This document shows, in pieces, positions 15,701 to 29,586 of a stretch of DNA of 64,000 bases (position 1 is its first letter; each line of letters opens with the position of its first letter). Origin of the DNA: Chrysomallon squamiferum (taxonomy: Eukaryota > Animalia > Mollusca). The position numbers and the translations under genes are program-made. The stretch spans positions 22,940,001 through 23,004,000 of the forward strand of contig CM022670.1 of NCBI GenBank assembly GCA_012295275.1, read 5' to 3'. The notes below the pieces were generated by a model that worked only from the letters and a program-made list of their open reading frames with translations, did no database searches and had not been told where the DNA came from.

Positions 15701-18085
15701 AGCATCTGTAATTAACAAACTTCTCCATCAAATAAAAAAAAAAAAAAAAATAAACCTTTATTATTTTCTGAATTCAGATAATCATTTCCATTTTACACCC
15801 ACACCCACCTACACACACCTTTATTAATAAAGACAAATTACAGAATATCTAAGTTTGATGAGTTCCATGAAAGTTTTTATTTACTTAGCTGGGTTGGGGT
15901 TTTTTTTGCTTATCATTTAAATACATATTTTAATTTTTTTATTAATCTAAATTAAAACTAGCATCTAATAAAATAGTTACAAATTTCAAAGTATGTAACA
16001 TTAATAACCGTGTTTAAAAATAATTTAATAACCATTTTTTTAATTCAAAACAAACTTAGAAAATGTTTGTTCTGTTCAAAACGGTGGGAATTCATTTATA
16101 AAATAAATAAATAAAAGCAGTCTGGAAAAAAACAAAAGAAAAACACAACATTTTTTTTTTTTTTAATGGTTACAGGCAGAAGAAAAGGTTTAAATTGTCT
16201 ATTCAAACATGATTAGAATGACTGAAGTTTCAAAAGTATTTAAAAAAAAGAGAATTAAACAGACTGCACACTGGAAAATAAAATATAATGAGAAACAAAC
16301 TCATTTTGGCCTATTCAATTTGTTAAATAAAACATTCATTGTTATTATTATTTTTTATATAACAGATTAGAACACACACTAAATATCAAATTACAATTTA
16401 AATATTTATTTATTTTTTTTATTGTTATTTTTTTTTTTTTACCTTGAACAAATATTTTGATTCAAGAATAAATACAACAACTTATTTGACAAAACCTGTA
16501 TCAAGATATCAAGGACAAAATCATGTAACAAAGCAGAAAATCCACCTTCAAGATCAAGAGAACTTTCTGTTTTACATGAAATTAACAGCTGAAGTACATA
16601 CTTGTATACAGGTTTAAACCTGTGTATTGTGTTATTACACAAAGTGGCTAGTGGTTTGAAAGATTCTCTGTTCTCATTTGTCTACTGTTGTTGCTCTTCA
16701 TGGTCTGATAAGTACATCAAATGTGTTTGGAATGTTTTAAAAAATGTTTTACCTGGGTGTGGATAAATGCAGTGTAAGTTGAAGGACAGTTGATGGCCAT
16801 TTTTTTTTTGGATTCACATAAACATGGAGTTTATGGATGAATTTATGAAATATAATGTAATGGGTAAAAAAAAATAAAAATAAAAATAAATAAATAAAAA
16901 AAAAATAAAAATTTAAAAAAAATAAATTAAATAAAAAATAATAAAATAAAATAAAATAAAATAAAATAAAATTAAATAAAATAAAATAAAATAAAATAAA
17001 ATAAAATAAAATAAAATAAAATAAAATAAAATAAAATAAAATAAAATAAAATCTAATAAAAAAAAATAAAATAAAATAAAATGAAAATAAAATTAAAATA
17101 AATACATTTTACCTGCATTTCTTATAAATTTTAGAAAATCATTTAATAAAACAAAACGATAATCCTGCACCTAAAAGATTAATTACGTGAACAAAGTTTT
17201 ACTGAGTATTTGGGATTATTTCAAACTACGTTAATAAATATTAGTGAGATAAAAGAAGTCATTAATTTCCAATCAAACCTCTAGAATGAAAGAGGTTTAA
17301 ATTATTATATACATTACATATAATAATTTAATTTTAGTGTTCATTATTAAAGTTCATGAAATAAAATTAAATGGAAAAAAAATAAAAATAAAAATTTGAA
17401 AGAAATAGAAAATAGTCAGTTTAGATTATAATAATTGTAGTGGACACTATTAATTTATAATTACAATCTGTACTTATTACAAAAACATGGATTTCTTTCA
17501 ATGCATATAAATCTGCTCTGAATTTTGACGCATCTGGACAGTGTGGTCTAATCATTTATGACTAAGTTATACTGGCTATGAATTACTGTAAGACAAAACC
17601 TGATCTTTAACTAGCTTTAAGCCTCAGATGTACAGTACATGCAAGTGCTATTGTCAGTTGCAGATGACAGTTTCAAATAAGACTGGACCACCTTGAATAG
17701 AATGTTGGTGACAACTGGCATTAGATGTGTTGATCACGATTTAACACATTGTTTTGACAATGCTGCTAGTTTCCACTCATCTGCAGTGAATAGAGAGATC
17801 TGATCTTCTAAGCTGTCTGGTCAGTAATTCTATGATCTTATATTTCACACGCTGCTTAACAGATAATAAGGAGATAACGGCTGTTCAAAGTGACTGTACT
17901 ACCGTAAGCTACATTATGAGCCAATAAACCAAACCATTTTAATTTGTTCTCTATACTCAAATCATTATGTTCAATTATATGAAGAGATATATCACTTCTG
18001 TATAATGTCAAACTTAGGAGTTTTAATTAGTAACATGTTTATGATTTAGTAAAATGTCCAGTTAGATATATCACTATAGAAACTA

Positions 18086-18128
<43 letters not shown>

Positions 18129-21100
18129 GCTACTGGGCATCCACCCTTATTATAAAAATTGGCATAGCTATTTTTGTTAGGATAACTCCCATAATAAATT
18201 GATATTATTATTATTATTAATAAGAAATTCTGAGAAAAGAAAACAAAATTAAAAAAACAGAGTACTCAGTATACCATCTAGATGCATACTCAAAAGATGA
18301 ATACCATCTAGATGCATGTGAAATAATAATTTAAACATGATTTCAAAATGGATTCAGAAATGTTTAATGCCCATATTATCTACAGAAACAGGATCTGATT
18401 TTGTTGTAATTTAAAATTAAAATAGTGAAAATAAAAAAATACAAAAAAAAATATTAAAGAAATAAAATATACATTAAGTATTAACACAAAAAAAAAAAAA
18501 AAAAAAAAATAAAATAAAAAAAAAAAAAAAAAAAAGCAATAATTATTTTATATAAAATGATAAACTGCACAGATAATATTTTCTTTGGTACATAGAATGC
18601 TTTTGGTTTATTTATCTTTTGGCCATGTTGAGCAAATCTAAGTGAACTAGATCACAGGATCAACAGCAATGATAGGACTGCCTGGTATTAAGTACAGAGA
18701 TCAACTATTTTCAAGATTTATCATAGAGGTGTCATCCAGGAGAGAAATGCTTGTTTGTGTGCAGTGTGAATGGGTAACATTTTTTCTTCAATAAAAGTGT
18801 GTATATTTACACCAAGGATCAAAATAGCACATTCTTTTTTACGAATTTACAAACACGAACTGAAAAAACATAATGTAACATATGCTGGTTAATATAGAAA
18901 AATAACAGAGTCAGTGTTTCATGATTTTTTGTTTTGTTTGTTATTGTTTACTGTGTCTCATACAAAATTGATTCTTAGGATTTAGATTTGTATTACTATA
19001 TACATTGTTGAAAATATTTTAGGGGTGGATGGGGTTTTTTGGAGGGGAGTGGTGTCAGCACAAATAACAATATCCCAAATAAGCCAAATCTTTAAATGGA
19101 TCACTAATATTGTATCCTTTTTTAAATTTTGTTTTGGCTTGTTGCAGTTTTCTGTATATTTTGGTGGTATGAGATTACATCCAACAATATGAAATAATAC
19201 ACATGACTGTGTTCAAAAGTCTAAAATAATAATCTATGCATGACATTTCTTATCCTGAATACTGTCTTGTATTACAGATTAGGAAAAAATAATCATTTCT
19301 AATCTATAGCATTTAATTACAGCATTCTTGTAGCAATATATCCTAGTTTTTATCCAAGTACCAATGAAAAATATTATTAATTTGTTTTTTTTTTTTATTA
19401 CATCTAGTAAAACATTGTCTACAACTTTTATTTTTCATTATAAAGTGTAATGGATGTCTGATTAATCTGATAGTGTTAATATTAAATTCCAAAATACTAG
19501 AAATGGATACTAAATCTGTTTCAGAAGAAATGTATGCTTATAGGAATAGTTGTAATCATAATTTATATTTTGCACTTTAACTGAAAGTGTGTGCTAAGAG
19601 AAAGGAAGTTTGTAACTTTTCTATAAATCAGCAAATAACATGAGAGGAAATTAAAATTAATATTTCATTACTTCTGATTACAATAAATATTAATCTGTCA
19701 TCAGCACAGTGAACCAGTTGAATAATCTTTGACTATAACTGACACAAGAAAATTAAGACTGTCCTCTTGGAAAAAATATATATTTATTTCAACATTATTC
19801 CCTATGTATATTTTTCTTTCGCGGTGCAATTCTGGTCTGTTTAAAAATTATTAATTAAAAAACAAGTTGACCATTGTCTTGTTTCCAGAACACACCAAGC
19901 AGATTTAATAGTTTACATGATTTATTTTTAATAAATAAATACATTCCCCCAACAGCTTTTTGTTATTTCATTTAAAAAATATATTTCTATTGTAAATAGG
20001 TATGCAAATAAAATAGACTATTCTGATTTTTATAATTTTTTTTTTTTTTTTTTTTTAAATTGATTCCTCTTTGAAACAAGATGTACTGGATATCAAAGGG
20101 AAAAACACAGGTAAACAATTTGGATTATAATAGCTCATTCATGAATAGTTTTAGCCCAAAACACACAATCTAAATGGTTTTTTTTTACAAATGAATGAAA
20201 GTTAAATTAATACACAGATACACACACACATATATATCTACATGTATATTTATATACATGTTGTGTATTTAAATACTGCTTTCAGCTAATAATAGTGAAT
20301 GTATGTTTGTGTGTGCGTGATCATTTTAATTAGTTTTTAAAATAAAATTTGTTACAAACATCAATATAAACAAATCCTTTAAATTTGTTTCCTTTTCACA
20401 ACCTACAACTCTTTTTTTCTTTTTTTTTAAACATTTCCACTCAGTGAATAAAACAGCTGAACCAAAGACACACTCTAAATCATTTATAAAGACTTATGGA
20501 GCACAGTCAAACAAAGGCAAACAGAAGGAGGAGATTCATCTACACCCTATTTTTGTAAAGGTTTCACAATCAGATGGTTATGAAAAGGATGACATGTACT
20601 AAGAATAATAACAAACAAGTATGTGCGTGGAGTTATCACCCTTCCACTATTTCTAAATGAATTGTAAGGTACAAGAATTTCATTAAAATGTACAAACTCA
20701 TTCAAGTTTACTGTTTGTCTGATAATGAAACCTGAATTTCTGAAAAGGTAACAGATTACTCAATATTTCTAAAAAATTTATTATGGGAATTATCTTAACA
20801 AAAATAGTTGTCCCAATTTTTAAAACAAGGATGGGTGTCCAGTGGCAATGATAAAAGGATCCTATAAACTTTATGTGGCAGTCATTAGATTTCCAAGCTA
20901 TTGACAGCTTTTACAGATGATTTATAAGAACTTTGACAAACACAAGAAAGTTTATAATTTGGTGTTTGCCATTAGTTATGGACCTCTGACACAGTAAAAC
21001 CCATAAGATGCAAAAAGTGCTTGTAGGTAATTTGTGCCGAGTGAAATACTAGAAATATTAAATAATGTGCTAATACTGTTTTAATTTGTTGATTTACATA

Positions 21101-23723
21101 CCTTTTGAATATATATATTTTTGTCTGTTGTAAATTTAATCGCAGAATATTTTTTATTGCATAAACAGAGAGGCTAACAATATTTTGCATATATTTTAAG
21201 GATGAACAATTGATTCGCCTCATTAGTTTACTGTATTATTTTGAAAGTAATACTACACAGCTTAAAAATGTTCGTGGTTATCCGAATGAGCAAAAATGAT
21301 CCAATTTACACAGTTTATGTCAAAATAACTATTACAATGGTTTGGTAATAACTTAAAGTGGTGCTTGCATGGTTTTTATTATTCAAAGGCTGGTAAATAG
21401 AAACAGATAATAATTTTGAACTATAAAATATTTTTTAACCATTTCTTTGTACTGCTTATCAAAAATGTCAATTTTTTTATTTCATCTTTAAATCTTAAAA
21501 TAAATTTATATATATATATATAAAAATATATATATATATATTTTTTTTTCATAACTTCATTATTTTATCGTTATAGAAAATGTTTCATCACAGGAAGGTT
21601 TATCATTATAAATGATCATGTGCTGCTATGTTAGCAGTATGTTTCTTCTCTCACTATCTGTACAATTCTTAACTCAGTGTATTATGCCATATAATCATTG
21701 AAGATTGAAAATGTGTTAAAAGCATTATTAAATAAAGCACAATCTTGCTAATTTTTATGTTGTTAACATCAGAATAATAAATGAAAAACTACTGTTTTAA
21801 TATAAGCAGTTCTGTCAGTTGACAAACAAGAAAAGTTTACATACAAGCAACATTAATCGTTGACTGTTTAATAATAGATTTTTAAAAACAGATTTAAAAA
21901 AAATAATAAAAAAACCCTGTTGAAGTCAACCCTTTTTAAAACACATAAAACGTTATTCGATTCAGAAATTATATTTTAATTTTTTTTACAGTAATGCTTT
22001 AATACTTACTCCAAAGCTATATATATATATATAACAGTATGTGTTTGAAAAAAATATATGAATAAATTTAATTTTATTTTTACCACAACGGCAAGAACAA
22101 TTGCACAATGACACAATAACTAGTAATGCTATCATAAAATAAAAAATAGTGCACATTTTCATTATATAAAGCATTACAAATACTGAACCAAGAAGGAGAA
22201 GAAGAAATTTTAAATTTTAAAAGTCAAATCTAACATTTAAAAAACATTCTTTAGCATGTGTCATATTCACATTTTCTTGATACTGATGAATAAAGTAATA
22301 ATGCTAATACAGCTTTACTCCCAGGCTGCAATTAAAGTGAAATGATTGTTAAACATTAAGAGAAGAAATGCCAGTATGGTTTGCTCAACTGAATCAACAT
22401 ATCTAGAAGAGTTAATCAAGCTGATAACACTGGCTCTTGGATTTCAGCTGCAAGTGTTAATGTGTTGAAAGAAAATACAATTTCACTTTCAGTTTCTGAT
22501 ACAAGCACATCTTAATAATATTATCAATATCTGTTTGAGAAATATTTTATTATTATTTTAAATTTACTCATTTCTGTTGTTTTGAAGACATTCCAACAGA
22601 AATTAGAACTTGCTTATTAACATTATGTAACAACTGAATTTTGTTAGATAAAACATGAAACACTGCCGAGGTCAGACATTGCATGTTTGTAAACTTAATC
22701 ATTCATGTATGATTAGATAAATAAGATTTATAGCTGAAATAATATATTATCTTCATTCAGATCCATAACACGAAAGGACACTATTTTTCACAGCAGGACT
22801 TTGGCAAGCATAAAGCATGTTTTTTCTTCTTCTTTATTAAGCTCTTGAGAGCTCCACGCATGACCTTTCTGAATAAAGAAAAGACTCCAAAATGTATTTT
22901 GGAATTGTATAATTATGTTATAAGAATATCTAGTTTGTAAATAGATATTGATGGGAATGGATTTAAGGAACTAGGGGTGTGCTCAAGGCCACAAGGCTGA
23001 GGTTGAAAAGGAGGAGGCAGACAATGTCAATCCCTTCGTTATAACTTTTAAAATTTGAAAAACAGATTGTAGAGCCTAACAATTTAACAGTTTTGATTTT
23101 TCTATTTTCTACCTTAATTCAGACCAACTTTTCCAGTTTCTAATTAAAGAAGATTATATAAAATATTATTAATTCAATATAGAAAGATTTTTAAAATTAT
23201 TTTTGGTGAGATATGTTAATATAATTATGTATTCCAGTAAATTAAAAAAAAAAAAAGAAAAAGTTAATTTCCAAATTTTGATCACTTGTCAAAAAACCAT
23301 TTTCAAATTTATGTGAGAAATTTGTCTGGGTTAATTGGTTCAGTTCTGTTTCACTTTGATGTTAATACTTCTTTATTGATCGCCCACTTGGAACGCGGGT
23401 GAAGTTTGGTCAAGTGTGGTAACATGTCAGTGTCGTCTGTGAAGAATGACATACCATTTTTACAACGGATGTCAAATTTCCGTCGCAAGAGTAAAACCTC
23501 TAAGCTCATCTATTACCCTCTCTGTTAAAGATGTTTCCTTACATTAAACGTGTTGTTTTCCTTCAAATATCTGATTTATAACAGTTACAGAAAATAAACA
23601 AACAGCGACTTTAATGGAAAACACAATAACTGCCGGGTCCCACTCATTCGAGCAGACGATCTTTTTACTTCGTGAATAATATAAAATATTTTAAATAAAT
23701 TTACCTTCTTTCAAATCAGTCAT
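178..23723 (-). CDS. Tandem EH-domain + coiled-coil protein (intersectin/EPS15-related endocytic adaptor), multi-exon; 3' end at or beyond the window edge
   Basis: GT-AG exons on the minus strand: 23723-23705 (MTDLKEG), 15509-15417 (SKEWPAISREERTQHEIFFFSQGPLEGYLD), 13484-13421 (ETKARDLFLKSTLPLPTLSQIW), 6178-5949 (NLADVSNDNLLDVHEFVLAMHL...KKGFIEG), 4943-4794 (VLARDLFLLSGLPAKRLALVWDIADVNRDGRLDPDEFNIACHLI), 3398-3314, 2623-2578, 2202-2122, 1764-1665, 853-739, 250-178 (KEPDPF). There are two EH/EF-hand signatures (IW-x-LAD-x3-D-x2-LD-x2-EF-x2-A-x-HL), then an E/K/R/Q-rich coiled coil. Phases agree at every junction except exon 1764-1665, which needs one extra A. The tiny first exon is less certain than the rest. 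Confidence 0.85.
942..1234. repeat. Local direct duplication of about 125 bp (942-1063 and 1108-1234), intronic
   Basis: CAGTTCTGCCATT...AATACAAGTTTTTATAA...GATAAACAAATTAACCCT...AAGTTTGAAGTAGATAAATATATTAACATAA occurs twice. Confidence 0.85.
5019..5300. repeat. Three tandem copies of a unit of about 100 bp, intronic
   Basis: TAATTACAATA(G/T)CAGATG(T/C)TGAACACAAA...TTATATT(A/T)ATGCAGTT(C/T)ATAATTT is repeated near 5019, 5121 and 5221. Confidence 0.85.
6484..6568. repeat. (GA)n microsatellite following a poly-A run
   Basis: Seen directly. Confidence 0.95.
14884..15147. repeat. Tandem duplication of about 130 bp, intronic
   Basis: AGTAAATTAAATTAACTTTATTACACCAAGTTATATGTATTTATACTGCAAATATA starts at 14884 and at 15011; both units end in a CA run. 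Confidence 0.88.
16940..17100. repeat. (AAAAT)n pentanucleotide array
   Basis: Seen directly. Confidence 0.9.
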
Positions 23724-23729
23724 GGTCTA

Positions 23730-24220
23730 AAAGATATTAAATATCCACAGTTAGTAAAATCCCAAACGGTTTCTCCAAAAGGAACTATCGGCTTCCCTGC
23801 TAGTATTCCGTGTTCAGTAAAGCATGACATCGACCGCCCCTACACAGTACGGTGCTTCATTCACGATGAATTTTTACACAGATACACCTGTAAATGCGCC
23901 CCCTTTCGGCTGCGATCCTCAAATGACCCGACCCCAGAAAAACTGGTCGAGCAAGTGTCCAATAGAAAAGAAGTGAGCAGTCCAGAACGCTGATTTTGTT
24001 TTACAATATATATTATATAAATACATTATTCTCTCCCTCTCTCTCGCTGGTAATTTTGTGTTCTCATTTACTTGAGTTTATTCGGACCGCGAGCATGGTT
24101 TATTTGAAATGTTTAGTGTGTCAATATGCTGCTGGTCGTGGCTTTTCCAAACAGTTGTGATATCGGCTAATACATTCTTACCATGGCAATGCGATACTGG
24201 CACGTGTGTACCGACTGAAA
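23730..24220 (-). promoter_or_regulatory. CpG-enriched putative promoter/5' UTR of the EH-domain gene, with an RFX X-box-like site (CTTACCATGGCAAT, 24177-24190)
   Basis: CG dinucleotides are visibly more frequent than in the CpG-poor introns, directly upstream of the ATG at 23723. The motif matches 12 of 14 positions of GTTRCCATGGYAAC. Confidence 0.4.
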
Positions 24221-25284
24221 TTTAAAATTTAAAGCAAAGATATTTAATATAATATTATTTCACAATTTATAATTTTTTTTTTTTTTTTTTAAATAAATAA
24301 ATAAACTAAAAAACCAACAAAAACAAAAACAACAAAAACAAAATCAACATACACAGTTATACTCATGTTCATATACGCACGCACAACACACACACACACA
24401 CACACACACATGCACACAAACAAACAATACATGTAAACGAAATGATAAACTTGTATACCCATGATTATGAACATTATACGTTATATATGATAATGAAAAA
24501 CAGTTATATTTTATTTTTAGTTTGAAGAATAAAATTTGAAAAATAAATAAATAAAAACCTTTCATTTGATATACACACCCATGTATGTCGTATGTATAAT
24601 ATTAATAAGCTTATACAGATCAAGAATTATAATTCAGAAAAGGAATCTGAGGTTGTTATTATTTATTTATTTATTTTGTTTGGTTTTCAAAGATGTAAGC
24701 CGCTCAATACAGTTTCATGGAATTCGATTCCATGAAATATATAACAGTAAACCTATCAACCTATTTAAAGAATTTATTAAGAATGGACAGTGTTTATTTA
24801 AACTTAAAACGAACAGTAACTTTAATAATTGATAGACCTAAATAACCAATTAGTTTACTCAACTTGTATTGTTGTTGTTGTCTGAACTTGAGAGCTGACA
24901 GATTAAAACCGGACAGCGTCTTTTCTTTCTTTTATTCCTTGTTGTATAGTCGCTCGTATTTAAAATTCGTCACGTTAGAATTTAAATCTGAATGTAATCC
25001 GCTGCACTACAAATCCATAAGTGCACCGTGTTTGTCTTTTCCTTTTCCTATTTTCTCTAAGTAACTAACATTTTACAACCAACAAACTTAAGTAACAAAA
25101 ACAACCCCCAAAAACTCAGCAAAGTAACATACAATGAAAAGGAAAAGAGCGAAAAAGACGGTGAAAGAACTGGTAATGGTACAGAGGCAATTGTTATTAA
25201 TATTTAATTGTTGAAAGTTTAAAAAACGCAATAAGTTTTTATTTGTTAATATGTATACAATTCTCACAGTAAGAAACCTTGGAC

Positions 25285-25286
<2 letters not shown>

Positions 25287-25360
<74 letters not shown>
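25287..25360. repeat. (CT)n microsatellite
   Basis: Seen directly; source of the ER/LS-repeat ORFs. Confidence 0.95.
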
Positions 25361-25364
<4 letters not shown>

Positions 25365-25520
25365 TTAAAAAATTGTTTTGGTCGCGTCTTTATTTTTATT
25401 ATCCTAAAGGTATGGAAGAAGGAAAGTAATAAAGAATAACCCGCTTTAAGGAAAGCCAACATTTATCTCTCTATTCTGCTGCTGCTGTTGTTGTTTAATT
25501 CATAAAACAAATCGAGGAAT

Positions 25521-25559
<39 letters not shown>

Positions 25560-26474
25560 TACCTATATACTATACACACACATATACACATTACACGTGT
25601 TTTTGTGAGTATGAATGTGTGATAAATTTTCGTAAATGTTTATTAGTATTATTTATTTATTTATTTTGATTTGATATATAATGGGTTAGTAACATTGATT
25701 ATTTTCTACTGCAGCCTGCATCGGCAGCTGGTAAAGGTCAGAAAGGTAAATAAATGCACTTCAAAAACCTTTATGTCATCACCAGTGGTTTTGTTGAGTG
25801 ATGGATCGGCAAAGTTATGCCAGCTAATTTTACATGCGTATTAAAAACAATCATGGCGTCTTTACAGACGCCAATATCTCCCCATGTTAAAAAAAAACAC
25901 CAAATATTTTCTAAATTCATTTAAATATATATATATATATATATATATTTTTCAGCAGTTTATTATTACAATTACAGTAGTTGTTGTTGTTGTTGTTCTC
26001 ATTCTTATTCTTATTGTTGTTGTTAAATTACATTGTCATGCGATAATCACTGAACATAACCCGGACGTGCCTTCTGTGCAACGCTATCGAAAATCAATAT
26101 GATTACTTAAGAAATTGACCACATTACTAGATTTATATGTCAGAAGAAATATTGATCCTGTTGTATGCAGAATTGGATATCATCGGCAAAACAATCAGCT
26201 AATCATTTTTGAACGCGACAACAATTGCAACATCATTAATTTATATTTTTACATTTTCGTTTGTTTTTTTAAATAAATATTCTAGCAGATAAACAGTTAA
26301 GATAAATAATAATAAAAAATAATTAATTAATTAATAAATAATAAAAATGTATAAATATATGATTAACCAGTTAACTAATTAAATTAATTAAAACGAGTTG
26401 GAATGGGATTGGCCATAGAAAAGAAAACGATAACTAGGCTAAAATTAGTTTTAAAAAACGATAATAACGATAAT

Positions 26475-26521
<47 letters not shown>

Positions 26522-27968
26522 ATATTTAAATAAATTATAACAGATAAACAGAAAGTTAAAGGTGACAATTTAAGTGTTGTAGAATCAACACTCCTGCGTG
26601 CTTGTTTTGATTCCTGTCTTTGGGAATTTGCATATAAAATACATTGCTGCAATAGGCAAATTACTAATCCATTCCGTTTTGTGGATTAAAATAAAATCTT
26701 TCTTTCTTCTCTTTTTAAAGTGCAAGCCTTGGTTAAAGCCTGTTTTAAAATAGATCTTTGTTGCTGCATAATACTCACAGATATTTACCTATCTACAAAC
26801 ATACCTTTATTTATTTATTTAGTAAATATTTTTTTAAATGGTGATGCCTTTATTTTGTTAAATATATAAGGGCCATATGGAAGTTTAAAAAAAAAAAAAA
26901 AATTAAAAATTAAAATAATTGAATTAATATTTATAATAAAAAGGATAAATGAAGAAAATATATATAAAAGAAAAGAAACCCCCCAAAATCCCGTCAAAAC
27001 AACAATCATACAAAACCGGGGACCGTTTATGTACAATTATGCAGGGTTTGTATATACTGCAAGATAATAACACAACATAATAAACATTCACTGATGATGA
27101 TGACTGTTGATAAATGATAATTTTATCCAGGCGACACTGACCTATTAGTGTATGTGACAATAAATCTATGAAACCAGCCATTACGTATAATGGCTGAAAT
27201 ATTCAGTCATTTCACGTAACTCTATTGATCACCAGTCATTTCGTGAAATGACTGAAAGTGGTTGCCTTATATTATACAAAATGCTTGAATGGTCAGGCAG
27301 TCTATGTAATACGTTTGTTGAAAACATGTGATGATTATTTACCAATATTACGTTATTTCATGTATCAGATATTTTCAGCTGTAAAGACAATTTTTGTTGT
27401 TGTTATTTTGCACAGACAGAACAGAGATGTACGGTGTCTCTGGAGTCTGTATGTGATTTCAATGTTCAAATGCTAAAATATTTGACATTACTCTCAATGA
27501 CGACATAATTATAACAGGTAACAGAAACATGGGATACAGCAGAGGACGGCATCTCTTGCTTTTTAGTTTCCAAGTTCTGCTCTAGGATGGAGTTAGATAC
27601 ATTATTATTAGTTATCCTTTGTTAAGTTTCAAACAATTTATAATTAATACGTTTACATTTGCATATTTTACTCAACATTCATGAGCAATACATATATTAT
27701 TAAAAATTAAAAACGCTTTCTTTGTTACGTTAGTAGCTTTAGACTATTACGAGCACTCTAGCAAACTAGCTGTGTGGTTAGACTGGTGTCAGTAAATGGT
27801 ACCGTAGCTTTTACAGATTTGCTAGACTAATTTTACTCATGACTGTCTTTAGTCACTGTAAATTCGACTCACTTTTTTGCAAAACCTCGAATTAGAAATT
27901 GTTATGATACTTAATAATTAGGATAGGTAATATACAATTCAATAATTTTGCTGTAAATAATAATAATA

Positions 27969-28003
<35 letters not shown>

Positions 28004-29586
28004 AATAATAATAATAAAATATGTCCACGAAGGATTTCGAAGCGTTAAAATGTTTTAAAAATCAACTGAAATGATTCGGCCAGTAGTTTACTATGTAAAA
28101 ACAAATAAATGCTGATGTTATGAGTATTACTGAAATTAATATATTTATCAATTAGTTAATATGCAAATGTTTATCTTTCTTTTCTAATCTGTTCAGTCAT
28201 TACATGCAATGCCTGGACATGATTTTCAGACAAATGAGGTTTATGATTAGTTCTTGACACTAATTCATAAAGTCAATAATTTTAAAAACAATGCTTTTAA
28301 CGACAAAAACGGAGTACAAAATATTAAAAATGTTCAGACAGAAGGGGAATCAAACTATTATAATTAAATGTTATTAATATTTAATATGTATAAGAAATGA
28401 AAATTAAAGCATTAGAAAGTTGAGTGTACCTTGATCATCTTCATTTTTTTTTTTTTAGTTGCTTCTTTTATCAGAAATGCTTAATCGTTCCTCTATTAAT
28501 AAAATTATAAAATAATATACAGCTATACATTACTTTTCGAAAATACACATTTAAAAAAATACACAGATTTTCAAATATAATATTCCTAGCTCCTGGATCT
28601 TCCACACACACACACACACGCACACACACACACGCACACACACACAATGCACGACGCACGATTCTTACCATACTAATTGCAACCTTCACACTTAAAATCA
28701 TTAACGGAACAGCGATACGTTCATGGTAATAGCATCACTATTGTCCAACTCATCGTTTTGACACTGACATCATTAGCTATTAATTAAAAATTTATAATAA
28801 TAATAATAAAAATAATATTAGAAAAAAATAACAACGAACAATTTATAAATAAAATTAAGATAAAGAATAAAAATCTGTAACAGAACAATGGCACAGAGGA
28901 AAAGTCCTTTTTAATAATATAAAATCTCGAATTTAACTTACGGAATAAACGTGAAAATATATTTGTCACTAAAAGTAAAGTCTTAAAAAGCTAAAGCAAT
29001 ACCAGTTACTGATGCTCCTGATTTTTGGAGGGAAACACTACCGAAAATAAGCAGGGAAAATGAATGTCTCCTCGTTTTTAAATTTAAAGTAGTCCAGGAC
29101 TGACATAGGTACAAAATTGTTTTCGTAGCACCCCGAACATTCAGAAAGTTTGATAGCATGTATTTAAGTTGAGCATAGACATAGGAATGTTTTACGACCA
29201 GTAACGGTATTCTCAGGTTGTGGTTTCATTAATTAACTTTGGATAATTTAAAAGAGGAGTCAGAAGGGATGCAAAATCACAATCGTGTGACAATGTTAAT
29301 TGTTATCATCAACACATAATTCATCAATGCAACAAGTAACCATAAACAATAAATAATTTTGATCAAATGTTTCCAGCCAAGGTGTCTATGAATATTTTAA
29401 ATTGGTGTACAGTAACTGAGTAAGTACTAAGTAGAGTGATCAGGAACATCAGAACAGGAAACAGTGCGAAACTGAATGTTTAATTGTTTTACAGTGTACA
29501 AATACTAATCATTAATTTCTTAATAATACCAAAATTTAAAAATTGTTTATTTCATTTACATTTTTGTTGTTTGTTCTCCAGCAGTG

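Noticed and set aside
16439-16800. Possible alternative first exons of the EH gene (donor-like sites near 16442 and 16752; ATG near 16800)
   Set aside because: The phases do not join the phase-1 acceptor at 15509 from an ATG, and there is no recognisable homology. They could at most be UTR exons.
25852-25924. ATGGCGTCTTTACAGACGCC... as an alternative Nup155 start or small hairpin
   Set aside because: It stops after about 23 codons with no convincing donor, and a 6-bp stem is expected by chance.
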